A DNA stretch of 64,000 nucleotides from Bradymonadia bacterium (lineage in GTDB: Bacteria; Myxococcota_A; Bradymonadia; UBA7976; UBA1532), in assembly GCA_046290225.1 (NCBI GenBank), contig JBKAGE010000050.1:1-64000 (forward strand), read 5' to 3'. The position numbers were made by a program, and so were the translations under genes. Positions 45,696 to 55,644 of this stretch are shown piece by piece. Numbering within the stretch: position 1 is the first letter of the stretch; every line of letters begins with the position of its first letter. A model generated the notes under the pieces. The model saw only the letters and a program-made list of their open reading frames with translations. It ran no database searches and was not told where the DNA came from.

Positions 45696-46535
45696 ATGTC
45701 TCGCATCGCATTTCTCGGACTCGGCGCCATGGGCGTCCGCATGGCCCGTCACCTGCTCGATGGCCACACGGTCACGGTCTACAACCGCACTTCGGCCCGA
45801 GCCGAGCCCCTCGTGGCGGCGGGGGCACATCTGGCGCCCACCCCCAAAGCTGCAGCAGAGGGGGCCGACGTCATCATCACCATGCTCACTGATGATGACG
45901 CTGCAGAGGCGGTCTGGCTCGGCGAAGATGGAGCGATTCACAGCATGCAGTCTGGCGCCCTGGCCATGGAGTGCAGCACGGTGACGCCTGCATGGATCGC
46001 CCGTCTCGGTGAGGTGGTTCACAGCGCTGGCGGCCGCTTGCTCGACGCCCCCGTGGCAGGCTCTACCCCTCAAGCAGAGGCGGCGAAGTTGATCTTCATG
46101 GCCGGCGGCGCCGAGGCAGACTTCGAAGAGGCGAAGCCCTTCATGGAACGCATGGGCGGCAAGGTGATGCACGTGGGGGCTCTGGGCCACGGTGCCACCC
46201 TGAAGCTGGTGGTGAACTCACTCTTCGCCAGTCAGGTGGCCTTGATGGCAGAGCTGCTGCAGCTCGTGGCCGGCCAGGGGCTCGATCCAGTGCACATCAC
46301 CGCGTTGTTGGCGCAGATGCCGGTGACCTCGCCTGCTGCGGCGGGGGTCGCCGGGCTGATGAACGCCGGCAGCCATGGGCCGAAGTTCACTACAGATCTG
46401 GTCATCAAGGATCTGCGCTATGCACAGAGTTTGGGGGCTCTACCGGTGGTGGCCGCGGCCTGTGCACGCTTCGAGGCGGCATCGGAGGCGGGGCTCGGGG
46501 CGCAGAACCTGACCGCAGTGCACACAGTGAGTTGA
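45696..46535 (+). CDS. NAD(P)-dependent beta-hydroxyacid (3-hydroxyisobutyrate) dehydrogenase family
   Basis: 'IAFLGLGAMG', 'YNRT', 'LDAPVAGS', 'KLVVN', 'KDL'; CAGGAG RBS. Confidence 0.9.
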   Translation: MSRIAFLGLGAMGVRMARHLLDGHTVTVYNRTSARAEPLVAAGAHLAPTPKAAAEGADVIITMLTDDDAAEAVWLGEDGAIHSMQSGALAMECSTVTPAWIARLGEVVHSAGGRLLDAPVAGSTPQAEAAKLIFMAGGAEADFEEAKPFMERMGGKVMHVGALGHGATLKLVVNSLFASQVALMAELLQLVAGQGLDPVHITALLAQMPVTSPAAAGVAGLMNAGSHGPKFTTDLVIKDLRYAQSLGALPVVAAACARFEAASEAGLGAQNLTAVHTVS

Positions 46536-46546
46536 GCGTGGAGTGC

Positions 46547-48865
46547 TCAACTGAAGATCCCTCGAAGTCTGCGGGCTGCTCGATGAAACCCGCCATCCTC
46601 TGCAGCCTGTAGCCCCAGGCTGGCGATCGACTGGGCGAGCCCATCATCACCCTCAAGTCGATGAAGCCGTGCCCGCACTGCTTTGCAGCGTAGATCCATC
46701 TCCATCTCTCTGCTGTGGATCACCCAGGCCTCGGCCTGCTCGAGGTGTGCCCACGCGGCGGTGCGATCGACCTGCATCAGGCACCGGGCGATGAGGGCGT
46801 CGCAGTGGGCGACGTGGCCAGGCCAGCGTCGTTGCGCACAGGTCTCCCGGTTGACGCGGGTGATTGAGAGGGCCTCCTCCACACGCCCTTCTGCGAGCCG
46901 GGCCTCGGCGACCCAGAGGCCGTGGCGCGCCACCGGCACCCGTCCTGTGAGGGCCACCGCGGCGTTGAAGAAATGATCCCCGCGTTCGACATCGCCGAGA
47001 TCGTGATGTACCGCACCGGAGAGCGCCAGGGCCATGGCGTGATGCCAGGGCGCGTCGAGGCGGGCGGCGCGCTCCACGGACTCTTCGAGCCAGCCCAGGG
47101 CCCGTCGGGGATCATCCATGAGCCGGGCGGTGTAGGCCTGGGCCCTGCTGGTGACGGCGAGCAGGTTGTGGGGTGTGTCCGACAGTTGCGCTGCGGACAG
47201 ATGTTGGCGTTGAGCGGTGTACAACGACATCGCCTGGTTCAGATCTCCGCTGGCGGCGCAGTAGAGGGCCAGGTTGTACAGCAGCAATGCGCCGTCGATG
47301 GCTTCGAGCCCCTCGGGGTAGGGGTGAGGCCACCCCTCGACGAGAAAGTCGCTGAGCATTCTGCGCCCTCGGAGCATCTCGCCCATCTGCAAGCCCAGAA
47401 CAGAGAAGCCACCGAGGTTGCGCTGATAGATCTGCCAAGCACGCTGAGGTGCGCCGCTGAGGCGAGTGTGCACCACGAGGGCCTCGATTTGATCGAGCAT
47501 CTCGGCATCGGGCTCGGTGAAGGGCCGATCGGCGAGTTGTCGAATCAGCGTATCGCTCAGCTGCCGGTGGACCACTGTGGGGGCCTGACACCATCGGCGG
47601 GCCACCGCTCGCACGTGCGGGTGGGCCGAGTATCCGCCGTTGCCCAGCGGATAGATGAGATCTGCGTGGTGCAGCTTCCTCAGCGCCGACCGCACACGAC
47701 TCAGTGAGCACCCGCACAAGCTGCCCCCCACAACCTCGCTCTCGGTGAGGGCCATCAACTGCTCGAGGCTGGTCCCCCGAGGCATGAGCGCGATGCGGGC
47801 GAGAGCATCGCGCTCCACGGGAGCGAGCTGAGCCCCATAGCGATCGATCACACGGGTGAGGCGGGCGGCGAGGGCGTCCTCGGCGCTGAGGGTGCTCAGA
47901 TCGTGATCGAGCTGGTCCATCACCGATTGCAGGCTGCCGAGGGCTTCACCGCAGGCGCCGGCCATGGCCACCGCGAGCGGGTGCCCTTCGAGCGTGTCCA
48001 GTGTGGCTCTCTCGGCATCTGAGAGCCCTGGCCAGTAGCACTTGGCCAGCGCGACAGCGTCATCGCTCGAGAGAGGGCTCACCGAGACCGCCTCGAAGCC
48101 CTCCGGGCACCAGGGATCGAGATCCACAGGGCGTAGACGACTGGTGATCAAGGCCCGCTGATCAGGCTCGGAGGCGCTCCGTGGCCGGGCGAGGGCCCTC
48201 AACCAGCGCCTCAAGGTCGGATCGAGGCACTCCCCAGTGCTCTGGCTGTCGTTGCCGCCAGCTTGCACCATCTCCAAACCGTCGAAGATCCAATGGCGCC
48301 GCCCAGGGGCTGTGAGTACACCCTCCAGGCCGGCATCCCGGGGCTGCCCCAGCCACGACAAGGCGGCGTCGACGAGGCGCTCCACCTGGGGATCCTCATA
48401 GAAGCTCCACACGAAACAGGGGGGTGCCTCCGGATCTGCGAGGCAGGCTGAGAGATGACGCTCCACCACAGCTGTTTTACCTGCGCCACCGAGAGCGACG
48501 AGGGCGAGCACCCGCGGCCCGTCGCCCCTGGACCACTGACGCAGCCTGTCCATGAGCTCAGAGCGGCCCACAAAATGCCGTGCGCGCTGGAGCGGGTGCA
48601 CCACACGATGCGAGCGCTCACCTGCCGAGGGCATCTCCACAAGCCAGTCTTCGACGTCGTCCACGCCGAACTCGGCGCACAGACGAGCGAGGAACTGCCG
48701 GCGGCTCTGATGGCGAACGGAGAAGCCCTTCGTCGTGTTCACCTTGCCTTGTTCGAACCGACGCCAGGTCCTGACGTCCACTCCCGTGGCCTCGGCGGCA
48801 GCCTCCTGGGTCAGCCCCAGATCGACTCTCAGGCGTTGCAGGCGTTGGTGGTCGAAGCGCTTCAT
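46547..48865 (-). CDS. XRE-HTH + STAND-type P-loop NTPase + TPR protein
   Basis: 'LGLTQEAAAEATGVDVRTWRRFEQG' HTH; 'FVGR..L', GGAGKT, 'WIFDGLE', 'LITSR', 'GHPLA'; helical TPR-like C-terminus. Confidence 0.8.
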   Translation of the reverse strand: MKRFDHQRLQRLRVDLGLTQEAAAEATGVDVRTWRRFEQGKVNTTKGFSVRHQSRRQFLARLCAEFGVDDVEDWLVEMPSAGERSHRVVHPLQRARHFVGRSELMDRLRQWSRGDGPRVLALVALGGAGKTAVVERHLSACLADPEAPPCFVWSFYEDPQVERLVDAALSWLGQPRDAGLEGVLTAPGRRHWIFDGLEMVQAGGNDSQSTGECLDPTLRRWLRALARPRSASEPDQRALITSRLRPVDLDPWCPEGFEAVSVSPLSSDDAVALAKCYWPGLSDAERATLDTLEGHPLAVAMAGACGEALGSLQSVMDQLDHDLSTLSAEDALAARLTRVIDRYGAQLAPVERDALARIALMPRGTSLEQLMALTESEVVGGSLCGCSLSRVRSALRKLHHADLIYPLGNGGYSAHPHVRAVARRWCQAPTVVHRQLSDTLIRQLADRPFTEPDAEMLDQIEALVVHTRLSGAPQRAWQIYQRNLGGFSVLGLQMGEMLRGRRMLSDFLVEGWPHPYPEGLEAIDGALLLYNLALYCAASGDLNQAMSLYTAQRQHLSAAQLSDTPHNLLAVTSRAQAYTARLMDDPRRALGWLEESVERAARLDAPWHHAMALALSGAVHHDLGDVERGDHFFNAAVALTGRVPVARHGLWVAEARLAEGRVEEALSITRVNRETCAQRRWPGHVAHCDALIARCLMQVDRTAAWAHLEQAEAWVIHSREMEMDLRCKAVRARLHRLEGDDGLAQSIASLGLQAAEDGGFHRAARRLRGIFS

Positions 48866-48971
48866 GACCACAGAGTGCCACACAATGGCCCGCATCGATC
48901 CGGATCGATCCTGTCGCCTTCACATCACCGGCATCACCGTGGAGGACACAACACAGACAGGAGGCAGAGAC

Positions 48972-49532
48972 ATGTGGACCACCCACGAGAGCATCCTCGA
49001 CGCCGAGATGTGCGAAGCCCTCATCGCCGAAGGGGAGAGCCGCGGCTTCGAGCCGGCTTCGGTGACCACCGCCATGGGCTTCGCCATGATGCCCGAGCTG
49101 CGGAACAACGACCGGGTCATCTTCGATGATCCCGAGCTGGCGGCTCAGCTCTGGCCGCTGCTCCCACAGTGGTCGGACCCCTTGGAGCCATTGGAAGTGG
49201 GCTGGCGGCCTGTGGGCCTCAACGAGCGGTTTCGTCTGTATCGATACACGCGTGGGCAGAAGTTCGACTGGCACGCCGATGGGGCGTTTCGCCGAAACAG
49301 GCTCGAACGCAGCCGGCAGACGGTGCTGATCTATCTCAACGAGGGATGCGAAGGCGGCGCCACGGAGATCCGCACAGGGCCACGCTACCAGCGTCGGGAA
49401 GTCGTTTCGGTGGAGCCTCGATGTGGGCGAGTCCTGCGTTTCGCCCACCAGCTGATCCACCGCGGGGCCCCAGTCCGTGAGGGGATCAAGTACGTGCTGC
49501 GCACTGACGTGATGTATCGCCGCCTCAGTTGA
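48972..49532 (+). CDS. 2OG-Fe(II) oxygenase (prolyl 4-hydroxylase-like)
   Basis: 'RNNDRV', 'GLNERFRLYRY..GQ.F.WHAD', 'IYLNE..EGG.T', 'H.G.PV..G.KYVLRTDVMY'; AGGAGG RBS. Confidence 0.9.
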   Translation: MWTTHESILDAEMCEALIAEGESRGFEPASVTTAMGFAMMPELRNNDRVIFDDPELAAQLWPLLPQWSDPLEPLEVGWRPVGLNERFRLYRYTRGQKFDWHADGAFRRNRLERSRQTVLIYLNEGCEGGATEIRTGPRYQRREVVSVEPRCGRVLRFAHQLIHRGAPVREGIKYVLRTDVMYRRLS

Positions 49533-50523
49533 CCATGACGACAACACGCCCACGGGCTTTGCCACTGGCTGCGTGCTCGATGGCTTTGGGGAGATCATCG
49601 AAAGCGAAGATCTCGTCCATGCGGGTCTGCAGGCCAGAGGCCTCGGCGATGACGGTGGCCCGGGTGAGGCGCGCACCGCTGGGCACCGTCACCTGAGCGG
49701 AGAAGCGAGCTTTGGCTTTCTGGGCATGCTTTCGGGGTTTGCGCCCCATCAGTGGCAGCAGCAGCTTGAGGGGGCCAGGCACCTTCAACCCGGCCTGCAG
49801 GAGTACTTGGGCCTCGGGCATCGCCGAGATCGACGCCACCATGCCCTCTGGCTTCACGGCGACGAAGGAGCGCAGGAGCGTCTCGCCCCCCACCGTATCG
49901 AAGATCAGATCCTGATTGCGCACCACATCCTCGAAGCGCTCGGTGCGGTAGTCCACCACACGGTGGGCGCCGAGGGCAGTCACCCACTCGGCGTCTTTGC
50001 TGCTCGCCGTGGCGGTCACCCGGGCGCCGAGGGCGGCGAAGATCTGCACAGCCACGCTGCCGACACCACCAGCGCCTCCGTGTACCAGCACCAGACTGCC
50101 GGCGCCGATCCCCGCGCTGTCGGCTGCCTGAAGTGCACAGAGGCTCGGAAGGGGCAAGGTGGCGAGCTGAGCAGCATCGAACCCCGTGGGTGCTCTGGCG
50201 ATGGTCGATGCGGGGACCACGATCTCTTCTGCGAAGGCCCCCATGGTGGCGATGCCCTGGTAGCCGTACACCACCTCACCCATTTTGAGTCCTTTGACGT
50301 CTTCACCCACAGAGGTGATGACCCCTGTGAAGTCGACTCCAGGGACAAAAGGTCGCTTCATGGGCAGCATGACCTTGTTCTTGCCGGAGCACGTCTCCAG
50401 ATCGACGGGGTGTATCGAGACCGCTGTCGTACGGATACGCACCGCCCCAGGCCCTTCCGCGGGGGTCGGGAGATCTTCGAGCACCGGCAGTAAATTCGAC
50501 TTTTGAAGGCGATAGGCGCGCAT
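49525..50523 (-). CDS. NADP-dependent oxidoreductase (MDR/quinone reductase family)
   Basis: 'HPVD', 'PGVDFTG', 'VLVHGGAGGVGS', 'GRVVV'. Confidence 0.9.
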   Translation of the reverse strand: MRAYRLQKSNLLPVLEDLPTPAEGPGAVRIRTTAVSIHPVDLETCSGKNKVMLPMKRPFVPGVDFTGVITSVGEDVKGLKMGEVVYGYQGIATMGAFAEEIVVPASTIARAPTGFDAAQLATLPLPSLCALQAADSAGIGAGSLVLVHGGAGGVGSVAVQIFAALGARVTATASSKDAEWVTALGAHRVVDYRTERFEDVVRNQDLIFDTVGGETLLRSFVAVKPEGMVASISAMPEAQVLLQAGLKVPGPLKLLLPLMGRKPRKHAQKAKARFSAQVTVPSGARLTRATVIAEASGLQTRMDEIFAFDDLPKAIEHAASGKARGRVVVMVN

Positions 50524-50606
50524 GGTAGACACCGTGTTGAGATGGCCAGTGAGGAGAAGGGTGAGCCTTGGACGAACAGTCGTCCAACGCATATCCCACA
50601 TCGCCC

Positions 50607-51566
50607 ATGCAGCAGATCGATTTACACCAGCTCGACCTCAACCTGTTGCTCGTCTTCGATGTCTTACTCGAAGAGTGCCACGTGACCCGCACCGCGAAGC
50701 GGTTGGGTCGTACACAGTCTGCGGTCAGTCATGCCTTGAGTCGTCTGCGCGATCAGCTCGGGGATCCGATCCTGGTCCGTGTCGGTGGCGAGATGCGCCC
50801 CACGCCCCGAGCGCTGCGCCTCGCCCCGGAGGTCAGGCGTTTGCTGAAGTCGATCGAGCGTGTGCTCTCTTACGAGATAGAATGGACGGCCCACACCTCG
50901 ACGCGTGTGTTTACCCTCATGGCCCCGGACTTCATCGCCGCGAGCCTGCCTCACCTGTTGGCCCGCATGACCGCGGAGGCCCCACAGACCAGGCTCGAGA
51001 TGTTGCCGCCCTTCGAAGGGTGGCAGCCCTCGGTGCTCGATGGCGGGTGCGATCTCGCGTTGGCGCCGATGACCGCCGTCAGCCACGAAGGGCTCAGCAG
51101 CGAGCCCATCAGCGACATGCCGTGGCGGGTGTACGGTCGAGCGGGCCACCCGGCCTTTGAGGGATGGGGCGTGGACAGCTGGTTGAACTACCCCCATGTG
51201 CAAATCCGAACGCGAGGCAAAGGGAACAGTGCCGTAGAGGCTGCACTGGAGGCGCGCGGACTGGCCCGACTCAATGGCCCATTGCTCTCGCATTTCCTGC
51301 TGGCACCGTCGCTGCTCTCGGCTTCCGAGCTGCTGCTCACTGTGCCCCGCGGTGTCCTGGCCGAGATGGCTGGGCGTTTTGGGCTCGTGAGCATGCCATG
51401 CCCCATCGAGCTGCCCGAGATGACCCTCGGGCTGCATCAAAGCCCTGTCTTTGCCGAGGAGCCAGCCATGGTGTGGTTCAAGGGCCTGGTGGCGGATGCC
51501 ATGCAACACACACTCACCTTGCCCGAAGGGGCACCATCGAGCAGAGCACAGGCAGGGGTGAGCTGA
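50607..51566 (+). CDS. LysR-family transcriptional regulator (NodD/MexT-like)
   Basis: 'LDLNLLLVFDVLLEECHVTRTA.RLG.TQSAVSHALSRLR...GDP.LVR'. Confidence 0.92.
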   Translation: MQQIDLHQLDLNLLLVFDVLLEECHVTRTAKRLGRTQSAVSHALSRLRDQLGDPILVRVGGEMRPTPRALRLAPEVRRLLKSIERVLSYEIEWTAHTSTRVFTLMAPDFIAASLPHLLARMTAEAPQTRLEMLPPFEGWQPSVLDGGCDLALAPMTAVSHEGLSSEPISDMPWRVYGRAGHPAFEGWGVDSWLNYPHVQIRTRGKGNSAVEAALEARGLARLNGPLLSHFLLAPSLLSASELLLTVPRGVLAEMAGRFGLVSMPCPIELPEMTLGLHQSPVFAEEPAMVWFKGLVADAMQHTLTLPEGAPSSRAQAGVS

Positions 51567-51970
51567 TGCCACAACGTAATTTCCTCACCCGGTTCTCCGA
51601 AGACCTCGCCCGGGATCGAGCTTGGTACATCGAGCTGCTCGGGTATGAGGTGGCCTTCGACAGTGACTGGTTCGTGCAACTGCGTGCGCCGGGGAGCGAG
51701 CTGGTAGAGCTGGGCCTGCTCGCTCGAGGGCATGCGCTGATCCCAGAGGCGGATCAGCACGACGCTGCCCGTGGTGGGATGCTCACTGTGGTGGTGGACG
51801 ACGTGGACGCGGTACACCAGCGGGCTGTCGAGAGGGGGGAGACGATCGTCGAAGCGCCCCGAAACCTGTTCTATGGGCAGCGTCGCATGTTGGTGAGAGA
51901 TCCAGGGGGCATGTTGGTGGACGTGTCGAGCGAGTGCCCGCCTGATCCTGAGTGGCTGGCCTCGCTCTGA
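51566..51970 (+). CDS. VOC/glyoxalase family protein
   Basis: ATG overlapping the LysR stop (TGATG); 'VVDDVDAVH', 'YGQRR..VRDP.G.LVDVS'. Confidence 0.85.
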   Translation: MPQRNFLTRFSEDLARDRAWYIELLGYEVAFDSDWFVQLRAPGSELVELGLLARGHALIPEADQHDAARGGMLTVVVDDVDAVHQRAVERGETIVEAPRNLFYGQRRMLVRDPGGMLVDVSSECPPDPEWLASL

Positions 51971-51983
51971 CACCCCCAGGAGC

Positions 51984-53342
51984 TCAGGTCAGCGTCGCCT
52001 CCCGGCTCACTTGGCCTGGCCCAGCGCCAAAGCTCTGCACATTGGCGCCATACATGTTCGCCAACGCCATCAACACTTCGCTGTAATTTCGCCGGCCATC
52101 ATCAGAGCCCACCAGATGTACGTCACCCTTCAGACGACCGCTGGCCTTGCCTGCCAACAGGACCGGTGCGTCGTGCATCTCGTGGGTCCAGCCATACGAG
52201 ACCTCCGAGGTGGCCAGAATGCACATCTCATCGAGCAAAGATCCCCCTGTGGCCGTGGGGGTCTCCGCCATGGCCTGCAGCGTGCGGGCGAAGCACTCCA
52301 TTGTGTAGACCACGCCTTGCCGGACCATGCCGTAACCGTTGGGCAGGGCATCGACGAGGTGCACGATGTCCTCGTGGTACGACCGGTTGAACTCTTCGCC
52401 GAGGTGCCGGTAGTACACGTGGCCTGCGGGGAGGGTGAACACGTAGCTGAACACGTGGGTGAGATCGCAGGCGAGGGCCAGAGCCATCATCTGGCTCATG
52501 GCCTCGTTGAGCACCCAGGGCGCTTCTTCTTTGGTGTCGGCCTGGATCTCGGGTCCTGGTGCGGTGAGCTCACCACAGCTCATGGGGGCGCTGCTCAGTC
52601 GCAGCTCCAGGGCCCTGATCCCTTCGGCGTGGGCCTGCAGGCGGGCTTTGTCATCTGCGCCCACCTTGCCCTCCAGGGCCTTGAGGTCGGACATTACGGT
52701 GTCGAGTACGCTCCGGCGAGCACCCCGCAGCGCTGGTGACGCCGAGGCCACACCAAACAGACGTCCGAAGAGACGATGTGGATCGTACTCGGGATAGTTC
52801 GGCGCCGCTTTGCCCCGATGAGAGATGGCATGGAGTGTGGGCTGGGGCCCGGCAGGGGTCGCCTTCGACAGCCCCACTTCGATGGAACGAAAAGGCGTCT
52901 GCCGCCCGATGAGGTCAGCGATGACCTGATCGATCGACGGCAGCCGGGCGGATCCCAGCTCGTCGGGTGGTGCTCCGGTGGTGGCCCCAGCAGAGCCGCC
53001 CACATGGGCCTCACCCATCTTGTTCTCGTAGCCGCTGAGCACGGTGAGGTAGCGCTTGTAGGCCGACAGGGGCGCCAGCTGCTCGGTCAGCTGCCAAGCG
53101 TTGCCTTCACCACCACGGCCCTCGGGGTGCCAACGTGCGGGATCGATGCCGTTGCCAAAGAACCACATGCCGAATCGGCTCGGCAACGTCGAGCCATCGG
53201 CCCAGGCGGTACCGTGGTTGTCGAGATCAAGGCCCAGTCGGGGCAAGGGCAGGGTGACCATGGCCCCGCCGGCGAGCATGCCTTTGAGGAACCTCCGACG
53301 GCCGAGGGTGTTGCGCTGTGGGTCTTTCTTCGAGCCTTTCAT
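51984..53342 (-). CDS. DUF1552 family protein (Tat signal)
   Basis: 'GRRRFLKG...LP.L', 'FFGNG', 'SIDQVIA', 'LALACDLT.V', 'LLD'. Confidence 0.88.
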   Translation of the reverse strand: MKGSKKDPQRNTLGRRRFLKGMLAGGAMVTLPLPRLGLDLDNHGTAWADGSTLPSRFGMWFFGNGIDPARWHPEGRGGEGNAWQLTEQLAPLSAYKRYLTVLSGYENKMGEAHVGGSAGATTGAPPDELGSARLPSIDQVIADLIGRQTPFRSIEVGLSKATPAGPQPTLHAISHRGKAAPNYPEYDPHRLFGRLFGVASASPALRGARRSVLDTVMSDLKALEGKVGADDKARLQAHAEGIRALELRLSSAPMSCGELTAPGPEIQADTKEEAPWVLNEAMSQMMALALACDLTHVFSYVFTLPAGHVYYRHLGEEFNRSYHEDIVHLVDALPNGYGMVRQGVVYTMECFARTLQAMAETPTATGGSLLDEMCILATSEVSYGWTHEMHDAPVLLAGKASGRLKGDVHLVGSDDGRRNYSEVLMALANMYGANVQSFGAGPGQVSREATLT

Positions 53343-55438
53343 CGGGCACCTCCTTCGATCCAGGCCTTGAGCAGGGCTTTGTCGGCATCAGAGAGCGGCT
53401 GGTTTGGGGGCATGATCTCACCGCCGCCGCCGACGTCGGTGTGGCTGCCCTGTACCTTGTGCCAGAGGTAGCTCTGGTCCACGCTGCCGGGGGTCACCAG
53501 TGGCATGGCAGGCACCCCGGCGCTGGGGGCCTTGAGTCGCTCGGCGAGCTGCCCATCGTTGGTGAGGCTCAGGCCCCCGAGGGCCGTGCCGGTGTGGCAC
53601 GGGGCGCACGAGGCCAGGAACACTTGCTGGAAGACCTGGTCGAGCGTGGGCGGCCCACTGGGCGTTTCCTCATCACCGCCAGCCTGGGGCACCTTGCGAA
53701 AAGCGTCGGTGCCCACAAAGTGGATCATGAAAGCCTTCATCTTGCGGCCGTCGGCCTTGAACGCTTCGGTGAGGGCGGCGATCTCTGTCTCGTCAGTCTC
53801 CTCGCGACCGGTGCCGAAGCGATAGATCTGCCGCGTGACGCAGTCCGTGGCCTCAGGGAGATTGTAGAAGGTGTCGGCCATGGTGCGCAGGCTGTCGAAT
53901 TGCATGCGCTCGACGGATCCGTCGCGCCGGAGCATGGACCACTCCACCTGAGTGTCGAGTGCATACCCCCAGTCGTCGGTGCCTCTGAAGCGGCCGATGG
54001 TGTCGAAGCGGTCGAGGGCAAAGCCGAGTGGATCCATCTGTGTGTGGCAGCCGCTGCACGACTCGGCGCACAGATGATGAGCCTCAATGGAATCCCGCCG
54101 GCTCACCCCGTCAGGACGCTCACAGCGATCGATGTCATCGGGCGGATCGCCCACCTTCTGACAGAGAAAGTGCTCCATGACATAGAGCCCGCGGCGTGTA
54201 GGCGAGGTTTCGTGCTGCTTACCGAGCTGAGAGAGGACCGCGGCGGTGCCCAGGAGTCCACGGCGTGGGCTGTTCGCTGCGTGCACTGCTCGGCGGACCC
54301 CATGGGCATCTGCAGGGCCGTCATAGCGCAACTGCTCCTCTTCGCTGTAGTCACCGGACCCGATCTGAGTGCTCTCTTCGTCCTCGTACACAGCCAGCTC
54401 ATACATGTTTTTGAGCCGCTGGGTGACGTAGGTACGATCCGTGATCATCAAGTCGAGGTAGTCGAGATCGTCATCGAGCACGTGGCCCACCACCATCCGA
54501 CGGATCTCTTCCTTCATGGCCCAGGCGAGCTCGGCCATCCAAGGCTGTAGTCGGCCCCGACGACCCAGCTCGAACTGCAGCTCCTCGCTGGTCTGAGCGA
54601 GCAGATCGCGCTCGAGCCGATCGAGTTGGTCGAGCCTGAACCACTCGTCGACGAAGGTGGCGACGCCACGACGTGCCTTGGGATCATCGAGCATACGGCG
54701 GGCTTCGGCCCTCACACCGTCGGCATTGTCGAGCCGCCCTTCGTACGCAGCCTTGAGCAAGGCCACGTCAGGCGGGCTGCTCCACAGGAAGTACGCCAGT
54801 CTGCTGGCCATGTCATAGCCCAGATACACCCCGTTGGTGGCGAGCTCGACTCGATACAAAAAGTACGGTGAATGCAGCAGCCCCGAGGTGACGCACCGAA
54901 AGGCCTGAGTGGTCTCGCCAGTGTCGCTCAGGCACTGATCATAGAGCTGTCGATAGCGTGTCTTCTCGTTGGCGTTGAGTGGTCGGCGCCATGCACGCTG
55001 GCCGACATGGGCGATGAAGGCATCGGGACATGTGTCGTCACTCACATCACACTGAATCAGTTGTGACAGACGAGCCTGGTCACTGAAGGCGGTATCGATG
55101 GCGGTCTCGATGGCGAGATCGAAGCGATCGACGCCGCTGGTGCTGGTGGTGACCTGCCGAGCGCCGACCCTGGCGAGGCCTGCTTGCACAAGATCGGGCT
55201 CGAGGCCATCGAGAGACACAGCACCGAGCACATGGCGCAAGCTGTGCTCGAACTCGTTCTGAGTGAGCCGTCTCAGCTCGGTCTGGGCGCTGCTCACGCC
55301 CTCGCCCCCGGAGCCGTCGGCGCCTCCGGAGGCTTCACCGGGGTCAGGTGGTGGCCCTCCCGGGCTCGAGCTGTAGTGATCGCAACCGGCGCCTGTGACA
55401 CATGCCAGTGCGATAGACCATCTCATCAAATGGTGCAT
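53339..55438 (-). CDS. DUF1592/DUF1588 (PSD/PSCyt) lipoprotein with extra C-terminal c-type cytochrome
   Basis: Lipobox GAGC; 'LRRLT..E', 'AWRRPL', 'L.SPYFLYR.E', 'ASRLAYFLWSSPPD', 'RRGLLG', 'TSPTRRG', CSGCH, C-terminal CAPCH...MPP...WIEGGA. Confidence 0.88.
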   Translation of the reverse strand: MHHLMRWSIALACVTGAGCDHYSSSPGGPPPDPGEASGGADGSGGEGVSSAQTELRRLTQNEFEHSLRHVLGAVSLDGLEPDLVQAGLARVGARQVTTSTSGVDRFDLAIETAIDTAFSDQARLSQLIQCDVSDDTCPDAFIAHVGQRAWRRPLNANEKTRYRQLYDQCLSDTGETTQAFRCVTSGLLHSPYFLYRVELATNGVYLGYDMASRLAYFLWSSPPDVALLKAAYEGRLDNADGVRAEARRMLDDPKARRGVATFVDEWFRLDQLDRLERDLLAQTSEELQFELGRRGRLQPWMAELAWAMKEEIRRMVVGHVLDDDLDYLDLMITDRTYVTQRLKNMYELAVYEDEESTQIGSGDYSEEEQLRYDGPADAHGVRRAVHAANSPRRGLLGTAAVLSQLGKQHETSPTRRGLYVMEHFLCQKVGDPPDDIDRCERPDGVSRRDSIEAHHLCAESCSGCHTQMDPLGFALDRFDTIGRFRGTDDWGYALDTQVEWSMLRRDGSVERMQFDSLRTMADTFYNLPEATDCVTRQIYRFGTGREETDETEIAALTEAFKADGRKMKAFMIHFVGTDAFRKVPQAGGDEETPSGPPTLDQVFQQVFLASCAPCHTGTALGGLSLTNDGQLAERLKAPSAGVPAMPLVTPGSVDQSYLWHKVQGSHTDVGGGGEIMPPNQPLSDADKALLKAWIEGGAR

Positions 55439-55523
55439 TGTATTCTCCTCGGTGTTTCTTCTGGAGAACGGGTGGGGTGGACTCTGAGGGCAAGGGGGGT
55501 GGATTTTTGTTTTGGGGGTTGAG

Positions 55524-55622
55524 GTCGAACGTGGGGCTCGCTGGCGCTCGCAAGAGAGTTTTCGGGCACGGGCACGGGCACGGGCACGGGCACGAGTTGA
55601 TACATACGCGGACCCGTGGCCC
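55524..55622. repeat. Family B inverted-repeat element, left arm, with (GGGCAC)5
   Basis: Near reverse complement of 57064-57162; five GGGCAC units at 55564-55593. Confidence 0.85.
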
Positions 55623-55644
55623 TTCCTGGATTCAGGACACAGGC

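Noticed and set aside
55564..55593. (GGGCAC)5 as a CRISPR array or His-rich peptide
   Set aside because: A simple hexamer tandem repeat with no spacers and no cas genes; it is mirrored in the opposite arm.
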